A stretch of DNA of 64,000 nt, taken from positions 158,286,001 to 158,350,000 of the forward strand of contig NC_042998.1 in NCBI RefSeq assembly GCF_006345805.1, written 5' to 3'. A program made the position numbers and the translations under genes. The notes under the pieces are model-generated. The model worked only from the letters and a program-made list of their open reading frames with translations, was not told the DNA's origin and did no database searches. Each line of letters starts with the position of its first letter. Position 1 is the first letter of the stretch. This DNA is from Octopus sinensis (lineage: Eukaryota). Positions 42,102 through 55,059 of this stretch are shown piece after piece.

Positions 42102-42542
42102 ATACATAGATGTATATATCACCGTGACCGACCAGGCTATCTGATGTTTCTACACATCGCTGGCCACAATGCGCTTCGCATTGTTTTAGTCTTCAAATGA
42201 CGCTACCCCGCTAGCTAAGGGAGCAGGCCAACAGAAAAAAGAATGTGAGAAAGTTGTGGCGAAAGAGTATAGCAGGGATCGCCACCACCCCCTACCGGAG
42301 CCTATATATATAACTAACAATATAGGATGAAGTCCCTTTCTCTACAGAAAAGGATTCCATCAAAAAGCGTGGCAGTATATTAAAAAAACCTTTACGGTTG
42401 AAGTATAAACATCTTATAATTAAGGGCTAAAGAGGGTTATTCTAAAGCCAATACACTGATTTATCCACTTATAATCCACTTGTTACAGGAAAATTGAACT
42501 GAAAGCGGGCAACTAACTTCAGAAAAAATTTAAATTTCGTAT

Positions 42543-42603
42543 CTCTGTATTGAATCAATTTCGAAATTAATCCCTATAAAGGATACATTCTTCTTCAGTA
42601 GAG
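42543..42603 (-). ncRNA. Type I hammerhead ribozyme, 489-nt monomer, inverted copy
   Basis: Reverse complement of the 43114-43173 motif, with minor stem II changes. Confidence 0.75.
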
Positions 42604-43113
42604 CTTACGGGGGAATATAAATAAAATACTCACATGTGATCATGGAAAAAGCAGAAGCTAAAACAACACAACTACATTAAGTACATCATTTATATCTAAT
42701 AATAAAAATTCCTTGGTCAGTCTCAAACAACGTGTTGACCTATCGCCGCTATATAAAAAATACAAGACTACATTTAAGTCACATCATTATATCTAATAAT
42801 AAAAATTCCTTGGTCAGTCTCAGAACAACGTGTTGACCTTTCGCCGCTACATATTGTAATGGTTACCGGTCCCCTTGTAACAAGCAGTGAGTTTACTACT
42901 AACAATATAGGATGAAGTCCCTTTCTCTATACTGCCACTCTGGGACCGGTAACCATTATAATATGTAGCGGCGAAAGGTCAACCCGTTGTTATGAGACTG
43001 ACCAAGGAATTTTTATTATTAGATATAAATGATGTACTTAAATGTAGTCATGTTTTTAGCTTCTGCTTTTTCCATGATCACATGTGAGTATTTTATTTAT
43101 ATTCCCTCGTAAG

Positions 43114-43173
43114 CTCTACTGAAGAAGAATGTATCCTTCATAGGATTAATTCCGAAATTGATTCAATACAGAG
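43114..43173 (+). ncRNA. Type I hammerhead ribozyme, 489-nt monomer copy 1
   Basis: ctcta-CTGAAGA-agaat.gt.atcct(tcat)aggat.ta.attcc-GAAA-TTGATTCAA-TA-cagag; helix III ATTGA-T-TCAAT; predicted AUA cleavage after 43168. Confidence 0.8.
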
Positions 43174-43602
43174 ATAACGAAATTTAAATTTTCTGAAGGT
43201 TAGTTGCCCGCTTTCAGTTCAATTTTCCTGTAACAAGTGGATTATAAGTGGATAAATCAGTGTATTGGCTTTAGAATAACCCTCTTTAGCCCTTAATTAT
43301 AAGATGTTTATACTTCAACCGTAAAGGTTTTTTTTAATATACTGCCACGCTTTTTGATGGAATCCTTTTCTGTAGAGAAAGGGACTTCATCCTATATTGT
43401 TAGTAGTATAAACTCACTGCTTGTTACAAGGGGACCGGTAACCATTATAATATGTAGCGGCGAAAGGTCAACACGTTGTTCTGAAACTGACCAAGGAATT
43501 TTTATTTCTAGATATAAATGATGTACTTAAATGTAGTCATGTTTTTAGCTTCTGCTTTTTCCATGATCACATGTGAGTATTTTATTTATATTCCCCCGTA
43601 AG

Positions 43603-43662
43603 CTCTACTGAAGAAGAATATATCCTTTATAGGATTAATTCCGAAATTGATTCAATACAGAG
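43603..43662 (+). ncRNA. Type I hammerhead ribozyme, 489-nt monomer copy 2
   Basis: Same fold; predicted cleavage after 43657, exactly 489 nt from the previous site. Confidence 0.8.
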
Positions 43663-43796
43663 ATAACGAAATTTAAATTTTCTGAAGGTTAGTTGCCCGC
43701 TTTCAGTTCAATTTTCCTGTAACAAGTGAATTATAAGTGGATAAATCAGAGTATTGGCTTTAGAATAACCCTCTTTAGCCCTCAATTATAAGATGG

Positions 43797-43840
<44 letters not shown>

Positions 43841-45000
43841 ATATATATATATCTATATATATATATATATATATATAGATATATATATATACATATATAT
43901 ATATACACATATATAACATGTATATATGTATATATATATATATACATATATATGTGTGTGTGTGTTTGTATTGTGAGTATGTGTGTATGTATGTATATAT
44001 ATAAATTTGAGGGAAAGTTCTTCATGAAGATACTATGTATGAAATATTTCATTGAAACATTTTATAAAAGTTCAAAACTCTTTTAAGGCAACTAATTAAC
44101 ATTGACCAGTTGGAAACTAGAAAAATGCTTTTTGTATAAGCGCTTTCAGCCATCATATGTTCTGCAGATAAAACAGTTTCCTTGGTTTTTGTCGTTATAG
44201 TATTGTTTTTCGATAACGATTGTCAGTGTTTCCTCTTTAGTTTTGGATTGAAATCTTTTACAAAATATTAGTTTTCTATTTTTCGGAATTATTTCTGTTA
44301 TTTATTTATTTTGAAAAGGAGAAATATATGGAAATTTCCATTTGTAGATATTTAAATGTTCACTTTACGGAATATTACTAAGACGTGGTTCATTGCTTTG
44401 TTGTTTTCTTGCTCTCTGCTTTCAATGCTAGGTTTCGTTGTCATTGTCGACCTCTCTGGGTTAACACATCCACAGTCTAAACTTAGCGAAGGAAAACTGA
44501 GGAAACTGAAAGTGGCTTTTCTCTTCAGAGCCAGAAAAGTATTTTAGATCTAACTACGAAGCTAAGATGTAAAGCATGACAAAGAATAGCTTCCTCATTT
44601 ATATAGGTTGAGGTAACAATTTAGGAGATGGAATTTGTAATAAAATAGGAGATGGAATTTGTATTAGGCTTTGTTGGGTACAACACATATGACGACCCGT
44701 TCTAGGTCTCTTCAGGTACATCAATAAAAAGAATCACTAGAGATTTCTTGAGCCGGTTTACGTACCGCTATATGTCCATCAAATTCGAGAATGTGTAAAA
44801 ACAGAAAAATTATTGAAATGCAAAAAATTCAAATATGAACGTGGAAAGTACACATTCTAGTTTAGAAAAAATGACATAACTTAAGCTGTTGTAACTTTTA
44901 AGAGAAAGAAAAGGAAGTAGAAGTTGAAAGAAGATAATACTTAGACGAAAATGTTTTGTGTTCGTACTTAGACGCATATATACATACACAGATATATATG

Positions 45001-45047
<47 letters not shown>

Positions 45048-45277
45048 CGCCCACACACACATCCAAGTATATGAGCACATACATACAACTAAATACATGC
45101 GCATAGGCACACATATGAATGAAAATATACATGTATATGTAGGTACATACATGTATATCTTATAAGTTCAAAGCTTATTAGCCATCACCGTGTAATGACT
45201 AAAGAAAACAGTATAATATTGGGGTATTACACGGTGAACGTTTATAAGTTCTAAGCTTCTAAAATATTATTATTATG

Positions 45278-45328
<51 letters not shown>

Positions 45329-46687
45329 TACAGAATTATAAAAATCGACACTGCTTACCAAAATCCATCGCATATATATATGTGTGTGTGCGCGCGTACA
45401 CATAATCTAAGATATATACTTCGGTCTCTGCAAACACATTTGAGTTTGTGTTGTTTTTTTTCAAATCGTAAGTTGAATCAAATATGTAGTGTCAGACAAC
45501 AATGATAATGGCTTACAATCTTAATATATTAGACTGGCTGTGATAAGATTTGTGTACGACACAGTAACGAGTAGATCACCTCTCTAACTTTTGAGCAGCA
45601 CTTTCATTTTATGCGCTCATGTTTAGATTTTTAGTTACCTTTTACAAGTAATTTCTATAGTGTGCATCAATGGCCAATTGCCATAGCATCTCAGAACATT
45701 CACTGACATAACCTCAAAGTACATAAAGCTTGGCCTTTGTAATGAAATCGAAAGCAATCTATTATACACACAATATTATCGTAAGACTGGTAAACTATGG
45801 AACAAAAATGGAAACATAATCTATTATAGCTAAAATGTTTGTTATATTATTCATAAGACAATTGATAAACGAATATTTCAAACTAGATGCTGTGAGTATG
45901 CGCACGCGCATGTGTATTGTGCATTTTAGGATCCACGGCTCGGTGGGGTAGCTACTGTACTTCGGGTTCAAGTCCAATTATATCCATCTCTGATATAAAG
46001 ATGAATATGTAGTATAACAGATGAAGACTACAAACGTAGTCGCACTGTAGCTGATATGTACTGGAGACATTACATGTTCGGTTTCGTTTCAAAGTTCAGA
46101 TTGTTTATTTCTTGCAATAAAGATAAAAATAAACACGTAACTCTAGATATAGAAGTGTGGTCAAGTGCATAAGAAAGAATATAAATTTCTAAGCTACACT
46201 TTTAATATGACCTGTGTGAACTTTGCAATATTTCAATGACCAACCAAAACATTTCCAAAAGTATGTGATTTCAAAAAGAATTGGATATTTTATGGCTCTC
46301 ATGAAACTTCTGGTAATTTTATAGTTTTCGGTTTAACTGTAGAATTTCCACTGGTACTGCTACTACTATTCATTAGTGCATATTTCTTTCGCGATTCCAT
46401 CCATAACAATGCGATTATAATGGGCTTACAGTCAGTTGATATCGTTTAATGGAACAGAAACATATCCGCAGCTGTCTCCTTTACCTTCTAAATTGTTTTT
46501 ACTGTTTTCATTCCATTTTTCTATTGTAGATTACGATTACTCCAGCATTAAATATATAAGAATCCTTAGATACACTCCTTAATATGTACAAAATAATTAC
46601 TGGTCTCTGTTCGGTGTTCAACAATCATCGATACATTTTCACAGTTTTTGCGCGTGAAATTTATCATCAATATACTGTCATATATAT

Positions 46688-46739
<52 letters not shown>

Positions 46740-46744
46740 TTGTG

Positions 46745-46776
<32 letters not shown>

Positions 46777-46806
46777 GTGTGTGTGTGTGTGTGTGTTTGT
46801 GTGTGT

Positions 46807-48760
46807 TGAGGCCCAAATATTTTCTAGTTTCACTGGTCCCACTCCCGAAATATATGGCCGTTATATTGACGACTGTATCGGTGCCACCTCACTCTCCCGC
46901 GAACATCTAGACTTCTTCTTCCCCTCTTTCGTCAAATCTTTCCATCCTGCCCTCCACTTCTCCTACACTATCTCTAAGACCTCTGTCTCCTTTCTTGACA
47001 TTTCGGTCAGCATTCATCACTCCATTCTTAACACCTCCATCCACTACAAACACACAGACTCACACTCATACCTAAACTTTTCCTCCTCCCACCCCAAACA
47101 CACTAAGCTTTCCATCCCCTATTCCCAATTCCTCCGTCTACGCAGGCTCTGTAGTGACGACCATGACTTTGAGACTTAGTCTCAACTCATGGCACGCCAC
47201 TTTATCCTACGTGGATATCCCCTCACCACTATCCACACCGCCCTTGCCAGAGCACGTTCCTTGGACCGTGCATCTGGTCTCTCCCCCTGAACCCGCCCTG
47301 CAGTCTCCCGCCTCCCTTTTCCCTTCACCTACCACATCACCACCCTACCTCTCCAACGCACCATTCTCCGTGCTATCCAGCATCTCCAGTCCGACCCGTC
47401 CACTTCACACATCTTCCCTAACCGACCCCTCCCCTCAAACGAGCCCACAACCACAGCTTCTTCCCCAACCCTACCTCCCAACCTGGCTCGTTCCCCTGCT
47501 CCCGCCCACGCTGACGCACTTGCCCTTACCTCTCCAACACCACCCTCCTCACCGGCACCCATCATCGACCCTATCGCATCATTGACTCCTTCACCTGCAC
47601 CTCCAGCAATATCATCTATTGCATCTCCTGCTCTCTCTGCCATTCCCTGTACATCTGACAAACGGGATGCCGCTTGGCTGACCGGTTCGCAGAACACCTC
47701 CGAGACATTCGCCTCGGCAAAGACACCCCAGTCTCACGCCATTTCCGCTTCCTCGGTCACTCCTTGCAACACCTGTCTATGTTCGGATTGTCCTTGCACA
47801 GAGGCCATCCGGACTCCCGTTTGCACCGTGAACAGGGATTAATCTTCTCTCTTCGCTCTTTTACGCCATTTGGACGCAACTCTCCTCCCCTCTTCATCTA
47901 ACCTCCTCCCCGACTCCTACTTCTCTTCACTCCTCCTTCTCTTCACTCCTACTTCTCTTCACTGCTACTTCTCTTCAACCCAACTCTCTTTCCCTCTTCT
48001 ATCTTACTCTCTTTCTCTCTTCTCTCCTACTCTCTTTCTCTCTTTCCCTCTTCCCTCTTACTCTCTCTTCTGTTCTCTCTTACTCTCTTTCTCTCTTCTC
48101 TCCTACTCTCTCTCCTCACATATCCTTCCCCTCCCCCATAAGCCCACACACCTCTACACACCTTCCCTATCCATCCCATCCCCCATCCTATTCCACACCC
48201 CTCCTCCACATACTCCACCTCTACCCCCACCTTCTGCCTACCCACAACCCCAACTCTACCCCAACCCCAGCCGAACCCACACCTCCACCCGTGCTTTCCC
48301 CACTCTCGCCTACCCACCTCCCAACAACATCACACCACACCACACTACACCATACAACATTACACTTCACATCACAACACAACACACCACCCACACACCC
48401 GTCCCCACATTTTCACACCTACACATACACGCACACGTCCAGACCACCAGCCCTCTTTCACACGCACATACATACTCTCTTATACACACACGCACCTTCG
48501 TGTCGGGGGTCATCTTTACCTTGTTATTACCCCTACTTTCCTTCTCGTGTTTGACACTAGTCGCCATGATAGATCGTTAGCCACAACACACAATTTTTTC
48601 TCTCCTTGTTTCTCTCCTTGTTTTTTCTGTGTCCCTTTCGTAGAAGAGCGTAGGCTCGAAACGTAAAATACTTTTTCTATTCCTGAGCGTTATACTTATA
48701 CATCTGTTTGTTTTGTACACCACCTGTCTCTTCGTCTTTTGTTTTTTTCGTAAACTGTCC
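46807..48760 (+). mobile_element. 5'-truncated Penelope-like retroelement: RT C-terminal half, GIY-YIG endonuclease, CT/CA-rich 3' UTR and terminal repeat family F
   Basis: YGRYIDD (YIDD at 46862-46873), VSFLD, SHSYLNFSSSHPKHTKLSIPYSQFLRLRRLCS, then FTCTSSNIIYCISCSLCHSLYI*QTG..LADRFAEHLRDIR...PVSRHF, ending at 47901. Contains stops and frameshifts. HHR-like motif at 48635-48668. Confidence 0.93.
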
Positions 48761-48816
<56 letters not shown>

Positions 48817-49237
48817 GCGCAGGAGTGGCTGTGTGGTAAGTAGCTTGCCTACCAACGACATAGTTCTGGGTTCAGTCCCACTGCGTGGCATCTTGGGCAA
48901 GTGTCTTCTGCTATAGCCTCGGGCCGACCAAAGCCTTGTGAGTGGATTTGGAAGACGGAAACTGAAAGAAGCCTGTCGTATATATGTATATATATGTGTA
49001 TGTATGTGTGTGTATATGTTTGTGTGTCTGTGTTTGTCCCTCTAGCATTGCTTGACAACCGATGCTGGTGTGTTTACGTCCCCGTTACTTAGCGGTTCGG
49101 CAAAAGAGACCGATAGAATAAGTACTGGGCTTACAAAGAATAAGTCCCGGGGTCGATTTTCTCGACTAAAGGCGGTGCTCCAGCATGGCCGCAGTCAAAT
49201 GACTGAAACAACTAAAAGAGAAAAGAATAAAAGAGTA

Positions 49238-49294
<57 letters not shown>

Positions 49295-50093
49295 TAATAT
49301 ATATATATATTATATATTATATATATACATATCATCTTCGAGATATTGTCGGTACATGTTATTCGACACTGCATTTGGTATTTGCTTTTATGTTTCTTTA
49401 TAAACCAACAATAAAGCTCATGGTTATTTCTTACTTCAGTTTTGCTCAAGGATCATATACGATTCATTGATTTATTTTGTTGTCTTGAAAACCTAAACAC
49501 AATTTTTAAGTAAGTACAATCTAATCGTTTTGAAAACCTATTTTTCGTAACCAGTTCTACAAGGCCCTCGACAATTCTTATTCTTTAACAAGTGACCTTA
49601 TACCATAATGCTAGAGTGAGATCATGTAATTCTATTCCAGTATTTATGAAAGGATACGAAACGTTTTGCTAGAACCGTTTGGCGCCACTTACGTAGCATC
49701 GCTGATTGGACTCTAAATTATTTGACATCAGACGTTTTAATGTTTCCCTCGTTCTTTCGCTTCCCCCACCCCCGCCCTTTCTCTCTCACTGTCCCCCATC
49801 TGTATAAGTATATTTCTGCACACACGGGGGTTTGCCTGCAGAACCAAAAAGTACTGTAACCAAAACAGGTTGAATACCCAGTTAGCTGAGCTCAATTGTC
49901 AACATTTGAACAGCTGCAATAAGTTGTCTCATTCCGTTCATAAAAATAATAGTTCACTTCACCACTTGACGAATCTCTATTTCAAAGTCTTTTCTTAATG
50001 CGCCAACGGTTGTTTCGTCATTTGCGAGTTTGATATTTGCTCCGAGTTTTCATTTCATTAATCCTTTCCTTCTATCTCTATCTTACGTCCTCG

Positions 50094-50179
<86 letters not shown>

Positions 50180-50207
50180 AATCTATCTACCTATCTATCT
50201 ATCTATC

Positions 50208-50252
<45 letters not shown>

Positions 50253-51231
50253 CATACACGCACGCACACACATACATATATACATACCTATTTCTTTATT
50301 ACCCACAAAGGGATAAACATAGAGGGGACAAACAAGGACAGACATAGGTATTAAGTCGATTACATCGACCCCAGTGAGTAACTGGTACTTAATTTTATCG
50401 ACCCCGAAAGGATGAAAGGCAAAGTCGACCTCGGCGGAATTTTTAACTCAGAACGTAGCGGCAGACGAAATACGGCTACGCATTTCGCCCGGCGTGCTAA
50501 CGTTCCTGCCACATATATATATATATACATACATACATACATACATACATACATACATACATACATACATACATACATACATACATACATGCATGCATGC
50601 ATACATACATACATACATACATACATACATACACACATACATACATACATACATACATACATACATACATACATACGTACGTACATTTGGAACCGGATCT
50701 TTCTCTATTGGCATGAAATTGTGAAATAAAACTGAACAATAACATATACATTTCTCCTCTCTGTTAAAACAAGAAGTCTCTATCGTCTGTCTTCATCGTC
50801 TCCCTATAAATCTTCCGATTTGAACATATTTTACAATCCATCAATAGAAAGTCACGATGAGAAATAATGGCATCAGTCTATTTTACTCATTCTTCTTCCT
50901 TCTTTTACAATTTAATGTGAAGAAATCATTCAGAACCCGTAACTTTTCAGACCCTTTTTAGACTCAATAATATTTACAGTTGAGTAAGGTTATTATGTTT
51001 CGTATTGTGTTCGAAACTTCGAATTATCTTCTCCCTTTGCTATTCCGTCTAAAATTGGCTGTTCTTGCAAGATATTCTGCAGAGGAAAATACAAAAATGT
51101 TCTTCTAATCGAATGAATTCTATTTGTCAAATGATTTATTCATTAACGTATTATTTCACATTTGTTTTTCTGTTACACTGTTAAATTTCAATCATCCTTC
51201 TTCCCAAATCTTCTCTCTGTGTGCGTGTGCC

Positions 51232-51285
<54 letters not shown>

Positions 51286-51790
51286 TGTGTGTGTATGTGT
51301 GTGTGTGTGTGCATGTGTGTGTGTGTGTATTTGATAAATTTATCGTACAGCATTTCATTGTATGCTATTTTGTCAAAGCTTGAAATCAATACAATCACAT
51401 AAAATAGCATATTTTCTATGCCTTTAAATCCTTCCTGTTTTGCCAACAATAACGTTAACTGCATTATCTTTTCATTTAAAAATGTCGTCTACATTCCGTT
51501 TTTCTCTCGTCTCAGTAATCTCTCTACACATTATTTGCTTGCTGCTCTGACGTCTCCAATTGTATATTATTATTTTTCCTCTCTACCGTGATTTATTCAG
51601 ATCAGAGCCGAGAAAGATCTAGCTTCATTTAATTGTAGAAAAAAATTGACAGTCACATCATTTCACGATGCACTTTTTCAAAACTTACAGCCTTTCTTGA
51701 ATTACACATCACAAAGTAAGTTTGCTATAGTTTTCAGTTAAAATCTTGAACTTCTTGTATTGTGTCTTTCTCCCCATATTTATTCTCTGT

Positions 51791-52499
51791 TTTATATAAT
51801 TCCCTTATAACTAAATTTCTGCATATCCTTGTATGTGTGCGTTCGACCATCAGTAAGTGTGTATAAATATTGACATCTATTAACGCATACGATTTATATG
51901 TATGTATACGAGTATATGTGTGTGGCTATTCATTTACAAAGGAAAGAAAATGTACTCCATGCATATAATTGAGTTTGTGAATCTGTTCCAAGCTAGTCCG
52001 AGTTTCTCGCTGTTGCCTGAATGAAAGAATACAAACGATGGTGTGAATATATCCATACATATACATTTACAAATATACTTGAAATTTACTTTTAGTCTAA
52101 GCACACAAAAGGAAAATTTCGACAATTTTTAGCGAGTCTCAACCAAATTTTATAAAAAGTTCAAGTTACTCGTAACTATTAAGGAATTCTTCGTCTGGCA
52201 TTTGATTGCAGGCAAGATACATCTACGGACATACAGTTTGGTGTATTTTATCTCATAAGCATAACAGTGCCGACAAATCAACAGATTGATTCTTGGATAT
52301 TAAATCGAAACACTTACATACATGCATACATATGTATATGGATAAAAGCTTTTTAAGACCGTGCCCCAGCATGGCCGCAGTCTAACCACTAAAAGGAAAA
52401 AAATAGATGGTATATATATATAGATATATGTAGATAGATACATACATACACACACACTTATACATATATATATGAACACGTGTGTGTGTGTGTGTGTGT

Positions 52500-52536
<37 letters not shown>

Positions 52537-53182
52537 GTGTTATGCATGTGTCTCTGTATGTGTGCGTGAATTATTGTCTATCAGAGGCTGGAGAGTAGAA
52601 ATGATAAAAGACATAAAAATGAAATATTTCAGGCCACTTTCAGTCGCTTATTAAACCTCTTTCAACAATATCTATTCATTGCTTGCTTCCCGCAATGTTT
52701 TATTTTATTTATCGTTCTCTTGTATTTTCTACTTGTTCCAGTCATTAGACTGCGACTATGCTGGTGCACCGCATTGAAGAATTTTTAGTCGAATGAACCG
52801 AACCCAGTATTTTTTTTTAAAGCCTGGTACTTATTCTATTGATCTATTTTACCGAACCGCTAATGCTAAGTTACAGGTATGTAAAAACACCAATGCCGAT
52901 TGTCGAGCGGTGATGTGGAATGAACACACACGCACACACACACACACCACACGCACACACACACACACACACACACGCATATATATATATATGTATATAT
53001 ATATACTTATATGCATGGAGTACATTTTCTTTCCTTTGTAAATGCATAGCCACACACATATACTCGTATACATACATATAAATCGTATGCGTTAATAGAT
53101 GTCAATATTTATACACACTTACTGATGGTCGAACGCACACATACAAGGATATGCAGAAATTTAGTTATAAGGGAATTATATA
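51791..53182. repeat. About 175-bp near-perfect inverted duplication (51791-51967 vs 53007-53182) separated by about 1 kb
   Basis: aattcccttataactaaatttctgcatatcc...gtactccatgcatataa is matched in reverse complement, with one mismatch seen. Confidence 0.85.
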
Positions 53183-53804
53183 TATATATATGACGGGCAT
53201 CTTTCAGTATCCGTCTACTGAATCTACTCACAAGGCTTTAGTTGGCCCGAGACTATAGTAGAAGACGCACAAGATGCCACTGAACTATGTGGTTGGGAAG
53301 CAAGCTTCTTACAATACAGTCACATCACTTTTCTTCTTTCAGTTATTGGACTACGGCTATGGTTGAGTACCACCTTGTAGGGTTTTAGTCAAATAGATCG
53401 ACCCAGAACTTTAGTGTGTTACATATTCTATCGGTTATTTTTGCCGAACTGTTAAGTTACGGGGGACGTAAATAAATTAATATCAGTTATCAGGCTGGTG
53501 TTCAAATATCATAAACCTATAGCTGAAAAGAAAAAGAAAAGGAATTTGTTTTACTACTTATATTGTATGACTGGTATCATAAACGGAAGAAAATAATGTT
53601 TCTGGGAGTCAGAAAAGGAGCCGCTACATTACAAATATATATACAAACCTACACATACATATACATATATATACTTATATACATATATATAAATAAATAA
53701 ATAAATAAATAAATATATATATATAAATAAATAAATAAATATATATATATATATATATACACATACTCACACACACACAGACACACACACACATACACAC
53801 ACAC

Positions 53805-53837
<33 letters not shown>

Positions 53838-53984
53838 AAGAGAGAGACTGAATAACACGCTTACACATACACACGCACTTACACAGAGAGTGGAGAGAGA
53901 AGGAGATAGTGAGTGTAAGTATGCCAATTTGTCATGATTTTTTTATATTCTCTCTACCGTTGCAGTTAAATGATGTTTAATTTT

Positions 53985-54030
<46 letters not shown>

Positions 54031-55059
54031 CTCCAGGAAGTAAATTTACCCATTGATAACAACTACTGCTATATGCAAATAATCTTTACCAATTTCTCAC
54101 AGAGACGCGACTGAATAGCCAGCCACTAAGTAATATAAATGTATTTATTTAAAATGATATTAATGTGACCTCTAATTGACTTAAAGTTAAGTAAAGCAGT
54201 ACTTTTTCTCAGATCATATCTATGAATAGCATAATGTTATGATGCAAATGTTGTTGTAATGGAAATAAATTTTAAAAACCTTCGAAGCAATAAAAAACAA
54301 TATAATTAAAATAAATATAATTGTTGTTATTACAGTAGAAGAATGAAAGAGAAACTAAATTCTGAATAGTTGCTAAGGCTATATATCTGTGCGCTTTCAC
54401 ATACAGGCGGCGATTCGCCTGAGTTATTGTTCAGATATATTCTAGCTTCTGGGTTCAAATACCGCAGAAATCAGCATTTTCCTATCCTTCTGGAGTCAAT
54501 AAATAATGTTCCACTTTAGATTAACGAACTGGCAAAACTGTAAAACAATGAACCGGATGCTTTGTAATACTTGCTCTAGCGCTACACGCTCTGAAATCAA
54601 ACCCTACCGTGACAGACTTATCAAACAGACTTGATCTGCTGCTCAGTTTAACACAACCACCTTAACTTTCGATACCTTTAGTGGAATCTACTGCTTTTCA
54701 AGTAGTCGGGACATGTCTCTGACCTTGTCTTCCACTTGTCTAGGAGGCCCTATAAAAAAAGATCATGTTTAGCACCATTCCTCCTCACTAATCTATAACT
54801 CAACTTGTGTGTCTGTGTGTGTATCTGTGTGTGTGTCTGTGTGTTTAACTTCCCGGCACATCTCCTCCTAGCCATCAAATTGTAGAACCACCAAAATTGG
54901 GTCACTTAAAGTTTAGGCGAATGAAAATTGAACTGCGCTATTTCTGTTCCGAAATTCATCTCGCAAGTGCAAAAATCGATAATGTGTTTGTTTAGGCCTT
55001 ATCCCATGCATTGAATAGTGAACTTTACTCAGTCAGCTGTTTGACGTGAACTGTGCAAG

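Larger units (their letters stand above)
42314..43795. mobile_element. Non-coding 489-bp tandem array in fold-back arrangement, one hammerhead per monomer (retrozyme-like)
   Basis: Right arm period is 489 bp (gggaccggta at 42942 and 43431). Left arm 42314-42929 is its reverse complement with a roughly 96-bp internal duplication. No ORF of 60 aa or more; embedded in (TA)n. Confidence 0.85.

Noticed and set aside
46500-46590. Strong-looking splice acceptor ttttctattgtag
   Set aside because: Followed by only about 17 codons before a stop, with no supporting neighbouring exons.
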